A stretch of 64,000 nucleotides of DNA from Tubulanus polymorphus (taxonomy: Eukaryota > Animalia > Nemertea). The notes beneath the pieces are model-generated. The model saw only the letters and a list, made by a program, of their open reading frames with translations. It was not told where the DNA came from and did no database searches. Below are positions 29,067-42,560 of this stretch, piece by piece. Every line of letters starts with the position of its first letter. The stretch's first letter is position 1. The translations under genes were made by a program, and so were the position numbers. The DNA is taken from contig NC_134025.1 of assembly GCF_964204645.1 (NCBI RefSeq), positions 31,228,299 to 31,292,298 on the forward strand, given 5' to 3'.

Positions 29067-29387
29067 ATCAGTCATTTTCAAATTTCTTTGATGGTTCAAA
29101 ACAGAAACTTACAATTTGGTGTTGTCACAATTATTATATGTCCATTTTTCTATAGGCCTACATGTATTTAGTATCTCAACCTATGGCTGCAGTGATGGCC
29201 TTGTTTTAATGGGTATGATTGTTGTCAAAGAATAAAATTGCATTCATTAAATCCTTCGTTCGTTTGGTTAAATCTTATCTCAATACTTTCTATGTGGTGC
29301 TTTTCAATGGTTCATAAAATGCCGATTAACTTTTAAAGGTTTTATGTATGTGAACAGTATGTCCTTGTTCTCATGATAGTCATTTGT

Positions 29388-29499
29388 AGCATTCTATCAG
29401 CTCAACTACTTATAAATAGTAACCTTTTAAAACAAACAATTTAAACTAAAAAACATCTAATTACACAAACTTTTTAAGTAGTTGATATGATAGAATGCT
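29388..29499. mobile_element. MITE, same family as 28410-28698
   Basis: Inverted termini AGCATTCTATCAGCTCAACTACTT ... AAGTAGTTGATATGATAGAATGCT. Confidence 0.7.
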
Positions 29500-30119
29500 T
29501 GATACTTCATGAGATACATGTACATGTATAACCATCATTCAATGAATTGTCATCAAGCGTAGTTTTAGACTTTCAAACCAGATTTTGTTTTGTTTTTATG
29601 GACGACTTGCATCGGATGATGTAAGTACGGTATGTAAAGTATTTATTTCGGGTAAACCTCAAGTTGTTTGATTGTATAAAGCATGGTTTAAACCTCTATA
29701 TATGATGGAACCATTTTTTACTGGTGTCATTGAGTCTGGAGTTAGCTGTATGTTCAAAAAATGAATAAAGCTTGTTTTTTGTGGTTTGTTTTGAGTCGGA
29801 GTAGGTAAGGCTTAAAGATATACATTGTTTCTCCTAATCAGCTGGATTCAGTTCCACAGCTGTGAGTTAGAGTTCTCTGAGTTAAGATTCATCGTCTCGG
29901 AGTCAAATCTTAATGAAATTTATCCAGTTCATTTATCTCTGCACTAGGTCTGGTGTTAGCCTGATAATTATTTTTAAAAAGTAATGTACATGGTAAAAAC
30001 TTCAGCATGCTGAGAAACAATGTATCAATATTCTTGGCTATTTCCTGGATTTTACTGGGTTCGAACCACGGACACCAATGTATTATCTTCTGTTCATCCC
30101 CTATTCATTATTCTGCATC

Positions 30120-30245
30120 ATTCCCAGGCTCTAGGTTTACTACTTTGAATCATCCTCCCCGACAGGGATTCGAACCCGATGGCATCGAGATTGCCGCGGT
30201 TCGTGTCGTGGCTGAGGGCGTACTCTTATGACCACCGAATTCTCC
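30120..30245 (-). mobile_element. tRNA-derived SINE-like element
   Basis: The minus strand has an A-box-like TGGTCATAAG and a B box GGGTTCGAATCCC. Related GATGCCATCGGGTTCGAATCC fragments occur at about 40800, 43960, 45350 and 46690. Confidence 0.55.
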
Positions 30246-30275
30246 GGTTGGCTCCACACAAAATCCACCTCGATC

Positions 30276-30509
30276 GGCCAACTTCGGTTTTCGGTAGATA
30301 GTCGACTAGTGGTCGGAACTAATAACCGAACACACTATAGTTCGGTCGTAACGTATTTCACAGTGTCGGCCATCTTTAACCTAGGTCCGAACTGTAGCGA
30401 CCGTGCTCAATTGCGTGGTCGACCATTTCCGAATTATAGTTCCGACTAACGGACATTCGATTTCATTTAGTTCGACTAAAGTCGACTAACTCAGATAACC
30501 GAAGGTGGC
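30276..30509. mobile_element. Foldback/MITE-like element with nested inverted repeats
   Basis: Pairs GGCCAACTTCGGTT/AACCGAAGGTGGCC, TAGTCGACT/AGTCGACTA and GTCGGAACTA/TAGTTCCGAC. Confidence 0.6.
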
Positions 30510-30850
30510 CCGTTTCGGAGACTCCAAAAAGTCACGTGACCAATAAAAGAGGACGATTGGAGGCAAACGGATTCTCCGATCTGATAAAAGAGTTCGCCCT
30601 GAGTGTAGCGATGCCATTGTTCGAATCGCCCTGTCGTGATACTCTGAATCCACGGCTAGATTAGACTGTCGTGGGAGGATGGCTCTGAATGAATATCTGT
30701 AGTTATTGTATTCCATCCTCCATTCAGTATCAGCACCTCGCTATCAGTGCCAGTAAATACTGGGTTCAAACGCGGCACATCCTTTAAACTGCATCCAGAT
30801 CAGAATTACGGACACCGCGTACAAAATCAGACGCCCGGTTTAACCATCAA

Positions 30851-30980
30851 GTGCTGCCCCTATACATATCGTTGACGGCGAATGTGTGAACTAACTTACT
30901 ACCCGCATGCCACAGTAAGAATATTGAGCTGTCAAATTAGTTCACATATTCGCCGTCAATGTAAAATGTAGCGGCAGCAC
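30851..30980. mobile_element. Palindromic MITE
   Basis: TTGACGGCGAATGTGTGAACTAA ... TTAGTTCACATATTCGCCGTCAA, with outer GTGCTGCC/GGCAGCAC. Confidence 0.65.
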
Positions 30981-32124
30981 CTGACTGTCAAAATATTGAC
31001 GCATTCGGCGGGGTCAGTGTTGTAATGATCACCTCTGGAATGTCTTATCATTGCGGTATAACGTGTTGTTTGTAAACAGCTATAAATGAACCTTGCTCGC
31101 TCGGATGATGGCTAGAATGATGATTTTTGCGAATTCCCGAAGAAACTGGACACAATAGATGAATCAGTTGAATGTGGTCTGCTGAAAAACAGCTGAAAAA
31201 CACATGTTTTTATTGACTTGAGTTAATTCCGATTTTATTAGCGAACTTTTTGTTCATGTTTGAGTAGTATATTGTTTATTTGCACAGGGAACCCGCACCT
31301 GATGTAAAACGACTCCTACTGCGAGTCGCAAACGTGTTTGACTCTTGACTTTCTTTGTTTAGCTTCATTCCGCGTGGCAGTTTTCACCATCGCAATTACA
31401 GTGCCCTCATATTCACCACATTTCTACCTGACAATGGGTGTCAGAAATCTGGAGTAATATAAATATAAAAATATTTCTTATAATAAATAAACGTTAATTG
31501 AAACGATAAACAATGATTTGAACAAATTACAATATTTTGTTTAGCCCCTCCCCTATAGATTTATTTGAGTATTCTAGAAAATTTACTAATTCTGTAATCT
31601 TAAAAGTCTCAGCGATATATTTTCTGAAGGGGCGTGCATTCAAAGCATCTCACACACCCTATCACAATGCGTATGCAAGCCTATTGCTTCGTGTGTAAAC
31701 GTTTAAAGAAAATATGATTCGTATTCAATCAAAGAAAAAAATTTGAACGGCACTAGAATGTCAACGAGTTTCCAAAACAAACTATTTTTTCCGCGATAGC
31801 GTCGCAGAATTTGAGCCGTTTCATTAACGAACATATGTGTTTGTTCAAGTGGCAGATTTTGCGCCACGTTCCGCGCATTTCAGTTTATTACTTCCAGCGA
31901 CCAGCAAGCTTCAGCAACAACTTCCGTTCTATCTAGGTTCGTGTTGGGTTAATATATATCAACGAATCTTTAATTCGCGGACAAGAGAAATTTATGAATG
32001 GGAGGAAATACATTGAAAATAGATTAAACGAACGGAAATTTGAATTCGGAAAGATTATGATTATTTTAATCATCTCTTTTTCAAAATCTTATTATTTTTA
32101 GTCTACGCGGGAAGCATTTTTACA

Positions 32125-33888
32125 ATGAAGCTCTTGGTGGTTATCGTCGCTTTATTATCAGCCGGTAAGTTTATGAATTCATTTAATTAATCATTGAAAA
32201 TTGTTTACAAAACTAAACTCTATGATTATTAATAAGCTGATAAAAGACAAGGTTATAGTTTAAATGTATAAAATTTTTATAAAGGTAGTAAAATTTATCT
32301 TAATTTGATAAAGTGGATAAATTATTGTGAATCTCTCTAAATAATACCAGAAAGTATCATTTCGTTAGAAGAATCTAGAACAAATTTCTTTACATTTCAA
32401 AACTGCTATGAAAACATTAAGAATTGTGACCAGAAAAAAACCCCGAGAAATGATCAGAAACAATCTATGTGCTAATTTTTGTTGTTTTGAATTAAGATTT
32501 GCATAATGTGGACATGGAGATTTATTTCAATCCGTTAAAGGACACTCTGTATTGATCAAGTTCGAACCCCACATTAAATGATAGATCTCGCTGAAATTTG
32601 AATAATTTGGACCCCTCATTGGTTTCTTATCATCTGAAATAGAATAAAAAATTTTCTGTTTCTACTACTGCTGACATTTACCGAGTAGAGCATTCTGGAC
32701 GTTTAAAAATAAAATTACAAATTACATTTTGTCCATACAGATTTCTATGCTGCGTATGCGTCGAATGTATACGGTGGTTACGCGGCACGACGCGATGACG
32801 CTGAAAGTAGTGCCATGTGCCCGGATGGAACAGTCGTTAAAGCCTGCCGCTGTGAATATAGTTCTAGATGTGATGGAGCCATAGTTGAAGGACAACAAAA
32901 ATGTTTAATTCGAATGAGTAACGGTCAAAGTCCTACAAGGGTTAGATTCATCAAGTTTTTCTAAATAGTCAACTAAAAACCGCCACTGAATTCATTGATT
33001 TGGGGCCTATGATCCGTTCGGGGGCACACACAGCACATTCTCCCGTTGCTATCTTTCCGTACCCTTTGGAACCAATTGGAATTTTTTCGGAACAATATTT
33101 CTCCAGCCGTTTCTAATCGAGCAGTAGTTAGCTGAACAGTATTTGGGCATATACAATTATATTCTCTATTAATGTCACTAAATGACTGAACTCCCGTCAA
33201 TATCTGCCACATGAGCAGTTGATAGTATCCTTTGTTTTGATTCATATCCCTGTTACAGGATTCTGTCACAAGCTTTCAAAACATTTTATGATTAAAGAAT
33301 TGATACATTTCTACAACTAGACTTAGAGGGGTGGACCATATGAAATATTCTGACACGTTCAAATAATTTTTTATCTTTTAAATTAATTCATTTTTTTTAA
33401 TATTTCGATTGTCAGGCGATCGGAGAATGTACTGAAGGTTTATGTGGTGATGATTGGAAGACAGTTCAGACGGGATACAGTAAAGGGCAGCCGTCAATTA
33501 ACTGTCCCGATGGATACCTCATCACCGATTGTAATGTTTATTCTGCGTGAGTATCGTCCAATAAGCCCCACTCGTAATATAATGTCAACACGACGCTTTG
33601 TTTGGTTTGTTTATTCTGTTAATTTCTTGTGTGAAATAAAACTCATTTTGGTTTTAAAATAAGCCCCATAGTGAATGCGTTTATCATTCAAACCATTTAA
33701 TTTATTTAAATTTATTTAAATTAATGTATATTCATAGGTGGAAGCACATACCGATTCTGAGATCGGTTGTATCAGTCGTCAGTCAGAGAATCGTGGGAGG
33801 TAAAACTGTATGGAATTGTAAAGCCAGTAAATCGTGTAATTCTGACGGAGGATGTTTCGTTCAGGCCAGATGCTACAAAAGATCGTAA
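32125..33888 (+). CDS. Secreted Cys-rich protein paralog A (173 aa, 13 Cys, two resistin/PCSK9-CTD-like modules)
   Basis: Exons 32125-32164, 32741-32940, 33416-33546 and 33738-33888 splice in frame. Signal peptide MKLLVVIVALLSADFYAAYA; modules AMCPDGTVVKACRC..RCDGA..C..AIGEC and SINCPDGYLITDCNVYSAW..WNC..C..C..QARC; AATAAA downstream. Fold assignment is inference. Confidence 0.88.
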
Positions 33889-33978
33889 CTTATTTCAGAT
33901 TTCATCGAATAAATGATAAATCATTGTCTAATCCTCCGATTGTTCTATTTTTCTTTTTTCCACTGTAGTCCTACAAAC

Positions 33979-34107
33979 TATAAAGAATTTATTAAAAACT
34001 CGAATTTTCGGTTTTCGGTTTAATCCTAAAAACCATTCTCAAGAGTGAGAATGGTTTTGAGAATGTGGCTCTTGAGAATGGCTTTTGGGATAAAACCGAA
34101 AATTCGA
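33979..34107. repeat. Near-perfect ~130-bp palindrome (MITE-like)
   Basis: TATAAAGAATTTATTAAAAACTCGAATTTTCGGTTTT ... AAAACCGAAAATTCGAGTTTTTAATAAATTCTTTATA. Confidence 0.85.
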
Positions 34108-35370
34108 GTTTTTAATAAATTCTTTATATTTTTGATGTTTTAAAATCTCTTTCGAACTTGTGAATGTGGGACTTATATTTCATTCGTCTCTCGCGATTTA
34201 TTGCGTAGTTTTATCACGTTAATATATACATGTATTTACAATGATTAGTCTAGCTAAAACAAACAAATAATATCAACAATTTTCTAGTTACAATGCAAAA
34301 TTTGAATCAATGATATGTACATAATGTAACCAAGTAGCCTAGCCAGGTTTAAATGACTTGGACGTTAAAGGACAAGTATCATCAACGGAGGTTCATACAA
34401 GATATTTTCCATATTATCAGTGAAGATATAACAGTCACACTAGTTTCAAAATGTAATCAATTTATATATCACACTTGGACAAGCATCGTAAGGCCGATGT
34501 TTTAAATCAATGGTATTTACCAAAGCCTTGTATTTCAGAATATTTGGCGGACGCCAGAAAAAAGAGGGAATGTGTAACTTGCGTTCTGTTCGTAATGAAT
34601 TGCATTCGAGTAAAACATGGAATTCATCACCTATTTCTATTTATCCCAAGATTTATCAAAATTCTCACGTGTATACCGATCTACTTCCACAGGCAACGTA
34701 TGGTTATTTGAACGAGACTTTAGTAGTCATCGTTTATGCGGGAGAGTTCTATCAGATATTTTTCTAGGCAAAATTCTGATTTAATCAGGTGATAATTCAT
34801 CAGGTTATCTTTATCGTTCACATCCCTGAGCCATTTTTGAATCGACTGGTAGCCCTGTCCAATTCTGCGCCACCTGCATTCGGGACAGGTTTATCCTCCG
34901 CGGAATATACGGATCCAATCAGATTTCAGTATTTCATCACGTGAACAATGTAACATGGCCGCCTACACTGTGTCTCGATTTACGTTCCATGGACCTCTTT
35001 AAAGTCATTTTTTATACCAATGAAGAAAGAAATTCCGTTAAAACTGCCAGGTAACGCTTCTGCAGGCACTTGTTTAGCGTGTGGTACCGAAAATATCGGC
35101 ATTCAATTCAGGATGGCTGCGTGACAGCGCCGTCAAAACCTACCGGTCGTCAATCAGCGATTTGGACTGGTGGATGGAAACAACAATACATACAATAAAT
35201 CAACAGATGTGAAATCAAATAATATTCTCTGTTTCAGGTGTCATGTCACGTACTATCATCGCGGCTTGAAATACTATTCGGGCAACGGTGGAGCATTTTT
35301 GGGAGCAGCATGAGTAGTGCAGGAGCAGTAGGAGCATCATCATAGGATTAGCAAGAGCAGCACCATAGGA

Positions 35371-36096
35371 TTAGTGCAAGAGCAGCATCATAGGGGTAAC
35401 TAATGTACATGTAACTAATTTACAGTAAACCTCTTTACAAGGATTATCATCGACCGCTTCGATTCCGCGATCTGTGGGTGAAAATAAAACACCGTTCAAA
35501 ATCACTTTAGTTGTTGACTCTGATTTTCCTGGTTCTACATTCATTACTAGAACTTCCGGGGCGTATTGCATTCCCGAATTAAGCGACTGTAAGACGCTGT
35601 TAGCCACGTGTTCGTGCTCGGTCGCTTTCAGAACATCCAGGAAGAGATAATTATAAGAATTTGCTAAACCCATTAGAGAGTTTGATAGATATGCTATGGT
35701 GGTTGTGATGATGATTGTGTAACCTATAAGATCCTGACTGTTAATTAGCAATATTCATAAAATCTCGCTAGCTATGGTAACTGTATGCATGAATATTACA
35801 GTATAGGCTGTTATGATGTAGAAAATAAGAAAATCCACCACGATTATGATTAACATTCGCAGAGGGATATAGACCAATCTTCGCTGTCTGGCGAGAAAGT
35901 GTTGGTTGTGGAGATAGTATATGTACGATTTCTGGACAAAGAAAATAAACGAAATACCCGGAGCCAAATGGAAAATTAATGTTAAAGCCCCTTCGATCAT
36001 GGCAACCAAAATCATGATGAAACATAGTAGAAAAAACACTAGGTGGCAATATTGTTGTTGGTTTGTATCTTTTTCTGTGAAGAAACAGAAAACCAA
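35371..36096 (-). pseudogene. Multi-transmembrane ORF fragment interrupted by one in-frame TGA
   Basis: ORFs 35755-36096 and 35371-35751 are in the same frame, separated only by TGA at 35757-35755. Several hydrophobic segments are followed by a soluble tail. Confidence 0.45.
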
Positions 36097-36572
36097 CCCT
36101 AATAACGTTTCAACGTTTTTATCTCAAAGGAAATTTCAACAATTTATTATTTACACCAAATAGAAACAATACAATAATTACAAAACCTATTTTCATCTCC
36201 GGAGAAAATGAAATTCAAGTTTTCCCTTCAAGGACGGACGCTGCACCTACGAGTCCCGAGTCGAACACTTTGTTCACCTTGAACCCTAGACAACACTCAT
36301 CAAGGTTTATATAGATATGGCTCATTTCCAACATCGAACTGATAAACAAACATTGGATCGAGTCCAATACGCATTGATTGCAACGCATTCTGTGCAGGTA
36401 GTATTTAGGAAACGACTCCTCAAATAAACCCGTTATCTGTAGTGCTTGCTTCTATCGTCCTATACCTGATAATGAGATTAATAGCTATTATTATTCTGAG
36501 GTGAATCCACGCTATTTTCCGGGAAACCTTGAAAACAGCGTCACGCGATAGACACGAGGTCTAAAAGTACAC

Positions 36573-38224
36573 TCATGACTTCGAGTTATTATTGTTTTCA
36601 TCAACCGGATGCGAATGGGTTTTCGAGTCGAGCGCTGACGTTCCTAGATACCATAAATCCCGCACACAATCGATTTGTCTTTGTTTTAGTTTTAGTCGAA
36701 TGAGAGAATCTAATGTTTGTAAATGATGGTCGTAACAATCAGCGGGAAAACGAGTTCGCAAATATTCCGCAATTCGAGTCACATATTCGACGTTGTGTCC
36801 CGAGGAACCGCGAGCGTTAACGATCCGCTCAGCGAGAACGTCGTCTTCTTCCGGTCCCGTATAAAGTCGATTATCACAAGTAGCCGAATAAACGATTACA
36901 GATATATCAGAATCTGATCGTCTGCTGTCAGTTGAATACTGATAGAATTTACTATGAAACATCGTGTAGCCACCGTTTAGTATTTCCCGCCCGTTTAAAT
37001 GCAGTAAAGCTTCCTTTACTTGAGTTCTGCCGACAACTTCAAATGCAGTTCCCCAAACCGTGCTCTGAAATATACAATTCAAAATGCTCATTAATTCATT
37101 GCAGTTTTATCCGATTAACAACAATACCACAGTTTACTCTATTGACATTTAATGTATGGTCTCCTTTCTCCTTTATTGTTGATCGCTTTTTCTTTTCTTT
37201 TTTCAATTACAATCGTTTACTTTTCATTTATGATGAATATAAAATTAATTTGAAATGAATTTGAATTTTAAACCTTGGATTCGATGAAAGCACATTAAAA
37301 TACAGGAAATCCACATTAAGGGAATTTGACCATCTCAGAATTTGAATATTATATATAATACTGTAGGGGCTTTATTTTCATACACGTTGAGTATTTCCGG
37401 CAAATCCGAGTTTCCGAGTATTTTACTTTCGTCAGCTGTTAGCTATTATTGTGTATAGTTAACAACAGATTCCTAGTATTACTAACACGCGGATGTCCAC
37501 GCGCACGTGGCTAATTATCATATCAATGTAAACAAGCTGATGCAATACGCAGTGAACTAGTGCAGTGGCAGCTGGCTGGTAACCAAAACAAACAAAACCC
37601 ATGCTTTTATAGAAAAAATATACGTACGTTTTCGTTTGGAACAAGAGTCGCCACTCTACCAGGCTGAAATTGATAAATAATATTCATTAAAATCGCATTC
37701 AAGCACTAGATACGCAACCCAGGACCCAGCTACAGAACCCAGGCAGCAGAGAACTCATGCTAGAACCCAGGCAGCCGCAGACGACAACTGTGCACTTCAC
37801 AGATGTTTTTGTTTCCTTATAATTGGTTAAAAATCAGAAATTTATTATCAGCGAAGGTTTCCTGTATAAGCCTAAGCAGCGACTGGCCAGCGAATCTCAA
37901 CCTGTGTTGTTTTTTAGCGTATCCCCTGGGCAGACTAAAATCACTCTACACACAAATTACAATTACGATACAGAAATTTATTCATGAGAAATGGTTTACT
38001 GTATTAACTGTAAACCAAATAAAAGGAATCAGTCTTGCATTCTATCTCTGATCACTTACATATGTTTTAGTGCCTCTGTGATGAGTACTGCTCTGCCAGA
38101 ACTTCCTCGAATATCCTTTTATAAAACCTATCAATTCATTCTCGTATTCGAATCCCGGTTTCCATAGCAACGATCCGTATCCAAATATCCACAACCGTTC
38201 TTTTTCTTCCGGTAAAATAATCAT
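36573..38224 (-). CDS. CHAC1: Glutathione-specific gamma-glutamylcyclotransferase, ChaC family (CHAC1-like), 230 aa, 3 exons
   Basis: Exons 38224-38060 ([15 protein letters not shown]...[16 protein letters not shown]), 37663-37628 (36 nt, [12 protein letters not shown]) and 37064-36573 ([23 protein letters not shown]). CHAC1 rather than CHAC2 is a judgement from overall similarity and the promoter motifs. Confidence 0.9.
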
Positions 38225-38337
38225 TGTTATAATTTTGGAGATAGCTAACAGACATGTATAGTGCGTGATAGTAGTAGCTGTTATCGCTAGTGTGTTGAAT
38301 GAAACGAGCGTCCGCTATGCCGAGACTGTGTCGACAA

Positions 38338-38423
38338 TGACGTCACAGCTAGCTGTACCAATAGGATGACAGAGCGGCAGGTGCGTGGTTGAAGCTGATG
38401 CAACAACGATAATCTGATGCAAT
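38338..38423. promoter_or_regulatory. ChaC promoter: CRE, CCAAT and two C/EBP-ATF response elements (ATF4 type)
   Basis: TGACGTCA at 38338-38345, CCAAT at 38358-38362, TGATGCAAC at 38396-38404 and TGATGCAAT at 38415-38423; all lie 114-199 bp upstream of the ATG. Confidence 0.7.
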
Positions 38424-38916
38424 ACTAAAACCAGACAGGATGATACGCGGACAGGGGTTTCGATTGAACCGTCGTAAAATTCCGGTTGAGGAACATCAAT
38501 TCCATATCCTTCTTCGGTATCATGCAGCCTTCATCAGTTCGATGATAATTTTCAGTAGCGCATGTGGCAGTCCTCAAGATCAGGCTGTATCCCGTCAGAA
38601 TACAGTGCTGATTGAAAAAGTGCCCTCATGAATTTTTGTCATATACTGTCAAAGATTATTTCTAAAAAAAAGGATTTCTGTCGCCGGTAACATCATAATG
38701 CGACAGTTCATCATTGCATTGGGGCTCGTAAAAATAGTAATTGGCCGTAAAAAGCGTTCTCTGCAGAATACTCAGAGCCTTTCTAAAACGCCGGAAAGTG
38801 GGTCGCAATTAGAGCTACATCTGTCATAAGAAACTCATCAATAAAAGATTGATTATTTTCTGAAATGTTTTTTAGCTGCTTGAACGACAGTATTAACACG
38901 TAGAATTGATAAGTTC

Positions 38917-38958
38917 ACACCTGACGATGATCTCTAGGGTGAGATCGAAACGTCGTGT
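38917..38958 (+). ncRNA. Minimal type I hammerhead ribozyme (Penelope-like/retrozyme type)
   Basis: ACAC-CTGACGA-T-GATCTC-TAGGGT-GAGATC-GAAA-CG-TC-GTGT: intact core, perfect 6-bp stem II, 4-bp stem I, palindromic stem III and a GUC cleavage triplet. Confidence 0.75.
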
Positions 38959-39944
38959 CTTCTATATATTTTAGAGTTTTTAAATTATTTTAATCTGTAG
39001 ATAGTGAGTTGTACCTCTCTCCTCCCCTCCCTCCTCCCTCCGTCCCTCAGTCTTCCCTCCCTAATTCTCTCCCTAACCCCCTCCAGCACGCGGGCTGTGT
39101 AATTGTGATATCTCTCGACTTTAAAGATGAACAAATGTTAACATATAGCTCCAATCAATCAAGTGACTTTTCTCATGAAATGGGACTGGTTGAAGCAGGG
39201 AACTAAGTATTTTTGATTCTTCACGAAGGAGTAACACATGGTTCTCACACTTCAGTGTTTTTTAGTACCTTGATGTAAGAACGGACAGAAAACCAGCAGA
39301 TCAGACATTATGTTCTCAGAATCCAAGTTGGAACAATTATCTTATCATTGTTACTGACGGTAAGGTTTGATTTCACTCATCTTAAAATTCTTCAGATTAT
39401 AACGAAAATTAGAAATTAATTGATATGAATGAATCATTATGACATAAATAATGCTTGGACTTTTTGAGAATTTCAGAGTATTCGTCATATAGATAGAGGT
39501 CTTTTTATAATAGGCATTTTAGAATGGAAGGGAACCGAAAAAGGATGAAAATAAACATTTTATCATTGAGTATAATTTTCCGCATAAATCCTCGGAACGA
39601 CTGCAGAAAAAAATTAAAAAGGAGTAAAAATTGTGCAGAACAAAGAAATTGTAATGAAAATGCGGAGGATTTAGAAAAAAAATAATTTTCTCAATTTGAT
39701 GATTTTTGCAGAATTCCGGCAGCCGGATCCGTATTACAATTAATTAAAAACAAGGCTTTATCAATTTAATCTAATCTAATCAGAAAACAACATCATATCT
39801 ATTAAGTTAGTTAGATTTTGATAGAAATACTTACTGATCATTCAAGAAATTCTGATTATTGTTGAATTCTCAGTGAACAAAAAAAATCACTTTGCTGTAG
39901 TTTGAAATGTAACGATTTATTGTAGTTTTTAGACACGTCTTGGG

Positions 39945-41324
39945 ATGATGAAACTGTTGGTGATTATCCTCGCTTTATTCGCCGGTAAGTTATCAATTTA
40001 TCAAGAACAAAAGAAAAAAATGAACTGGCCATTTTGAAAATTTCTACTTTGAAAACTTTTGATCAAAATCTACATAAAGTAGCGGTGGTTATTCATTTCG
40101 ACAGGTTGCAATCATTTCAATCACTTTGTGTTTTGATCAGGTTCGAATCCCACATTTATTCCTGAAATGTTGTACGTATCACTTCTAATGATGATGCATT
40201 GATGACGTAGTGCACATCCTCTCAAAAAATTAAAATTAAAAAAAAATTGAATAAACTTTATGAAATATTTTTGATTACAAAATAAATGCAAAAATTCAAA
40301 ATTGTGATTGTTATTTTGAAACGTCACTACTGATGACGTAGTTCACATCGACTCACACAGAACCCCTTTAAACAACGCATGTATCAATGTATAAACATTA
40401 GTGTTACCATTTTTTACGGCGTCAAAAAATGTTTTTTTTTTACGAATGGTGAATTTTCTTTTTCTATACAGAAGCGGCGGGTCAGGAATTAATAACAGTT
40501 CGTGGTAAACTGGCGCAACGGCGCGATGACGCCCCGAGTCGGGCCGTCTGCCCTGACGGGTACGTCATCAAAACATGTCGCTGCGAGTTCAGGAACAGAT
40601 GTGATGGAGCCTTGTTCGAAAATGGAACGACATGTCTCATAAAGATGACTGCGGGAAAAGCTCCAACAAAGGTTTACTCATTTACTAAATATGATTATAA
40701 AATTATTAAAGATGATGTTACCAAGACAAACACCTTTTTCCTTGCTGGAAATGTGATCTTTCCACGATATGGATTCGAACATGATTTTGATTTTCACGAT
40801 ACCATCAGGTTCGAATCCCGAGGATGGCTATGAAGCTGGTAATGGAATCCCTTAATCTTTATGTTATTTTTATCTCTATACTCAGGCGATTGGACAATGT
40901 ACTCGGGATATATGTGGTGATGTTTGGAATACTGCAAGCACAAAACTTTTCATCAGACCATCAGTAAATTGTCCCTATGGATTCGATATGACTGATTGTA
41001 ATATCTACACTCCGTGAGTATTTCATCGAGATTACACTGGATATCGTTATTTCAGGACGATGCCGCCAGGGGGCAGTTCAGATCACTACTTCAACCTTCA
41101 GTTAGATAGAAATGATAAATTACGTTCCACTTGTAAAATGTTAAAAACCTGTATATATTTAAAGATGGAAACAAAAAACTAATCTGCGGAATGTATATGC
41201 AACTAAAAGCCAGGTACAGAGTGGAGGCAGAACCGTTTGGAATTGCCAGTCAGATGCGCGATGTGAGGGTTACAGGTCCCAATGTTCAGTTCAAGCGAGA
41301 TGTTACAAGAAATCAGTACAATAA
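39945..41324 (+). CDS. Secreted Cys-rich protein paralog B (175 aa, 13 Cys)
   Basis: Exons 39945-39984, 40472-40671, 40886-41013 and 41165-41324 splice in frame, with the same intron phases and Cys pattern as paralog A. Confidence 0.88.
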
Positions 41325-41861
41325 GAATTGATAGAATCTAATTCACTTTTATCAAATAAAACTATATGCAATAACGTACTCTTGGTTTTTCTGAGCGACA
41401 ATTTTGGAGATTTATATGTTCCCCATCTGTTCACGCAGTGACGTGTGTTAGGTATTAATATTGAGGTGTCTCCAGTTTATCAAAAATATCATCTTTTTCA
41501 AATCGGTTTTGTATTTCTTCTGTTTGTAGCTGATGTTTTTTTTTTATGGAGAGGGAAACAACTGACGCATTTTAGTACAGACACACTGAATTCCTCTAGT
41601 TTTTCTATTTTAATTGATGAATTCGTAGGAATCTCCCCTCCACTGCCGAAACGGGAGATAGGGGTATTCTTTTTGTAGATAAACTACACTTATTGTCGTG
41701 AACATGGACGGGGTCGATTCAAAAAATCCAAGTTATATGATACTGAGTTAAATTGAGTCACCTCCTTCTCTACAGATCCGTTTGAGAGACGAGCCTTGGG
41801 AGAGCCCTGTCACACTCGAACCTTACACGGCTAGAATCTTGGAGGAGCCCAATGCCATCAG

Positions 41862-41977
41862 GGACCAGTTCCACAGTCGTGAGTTAGCGTTAATTAACTC
41901 TGACTTAAAATCAATTCATTTTCAATGAGTTAACTCTGAGTCAAATCTTAATTCACAACTTACTGTGGAACTGAGTC
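41862..41977. mobile_element. MITE with CAGTTCCACAGT terminal inverted repeats (abundant dispersed family)
   Basis: GGACCAGTTCCACAGT ... ACTGTGGAACTGAGTC. The same termini recur at about 8950, 10330-10400, 13346, 13598, 29845, 52680 and 54515. Confidence 0.7.
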
Positions 41978-42560
41978 GAATCCCTGCCGCATTATAGGAT
42001 TCATATATGGACCTGGATCCGACCGATATGATGCATATAACTTGAAATATTAATTGACTTCTAAATAAAAAATAGATATTAAGACACAGTGAATCTTAGC
42101 CGTAATCGTTTAATAGATCTTTCTCAATGAACATTACACTGAAACGATTTCAAATTGGTAGGAAACGTTATACCGCGGGTTGTATATGGTTATATATTTT
42201 GATATCCCCGTTGAGGAATATGATTCCTGAGCTTGAAACGACATATGTTTTTCACACTCAAGCGATTTTATTTTTGAAACGAGACCAGACGAGAGTTTTT
42301 GTATACGTGTTATTTGCGCAGAATCCGGTGATCAGTCAACAACTATTCTATCAATACTGCACGGTAAGTTTAATTTCATTACTAAGAATTTATAACGAAA
42401 ATTCTGAAATAGAGTTATATGAATTAGAAATTCAATTTAGTTTAATTAAATTAAATTCAATTTAACTTTGATTTAATGACGATATTTTTATCCATCAGAT
42501 TATGATAATTTTGAAACAATTGTTACGATTTATTGTAGTTTTTAGACACGTATCCTTGTG

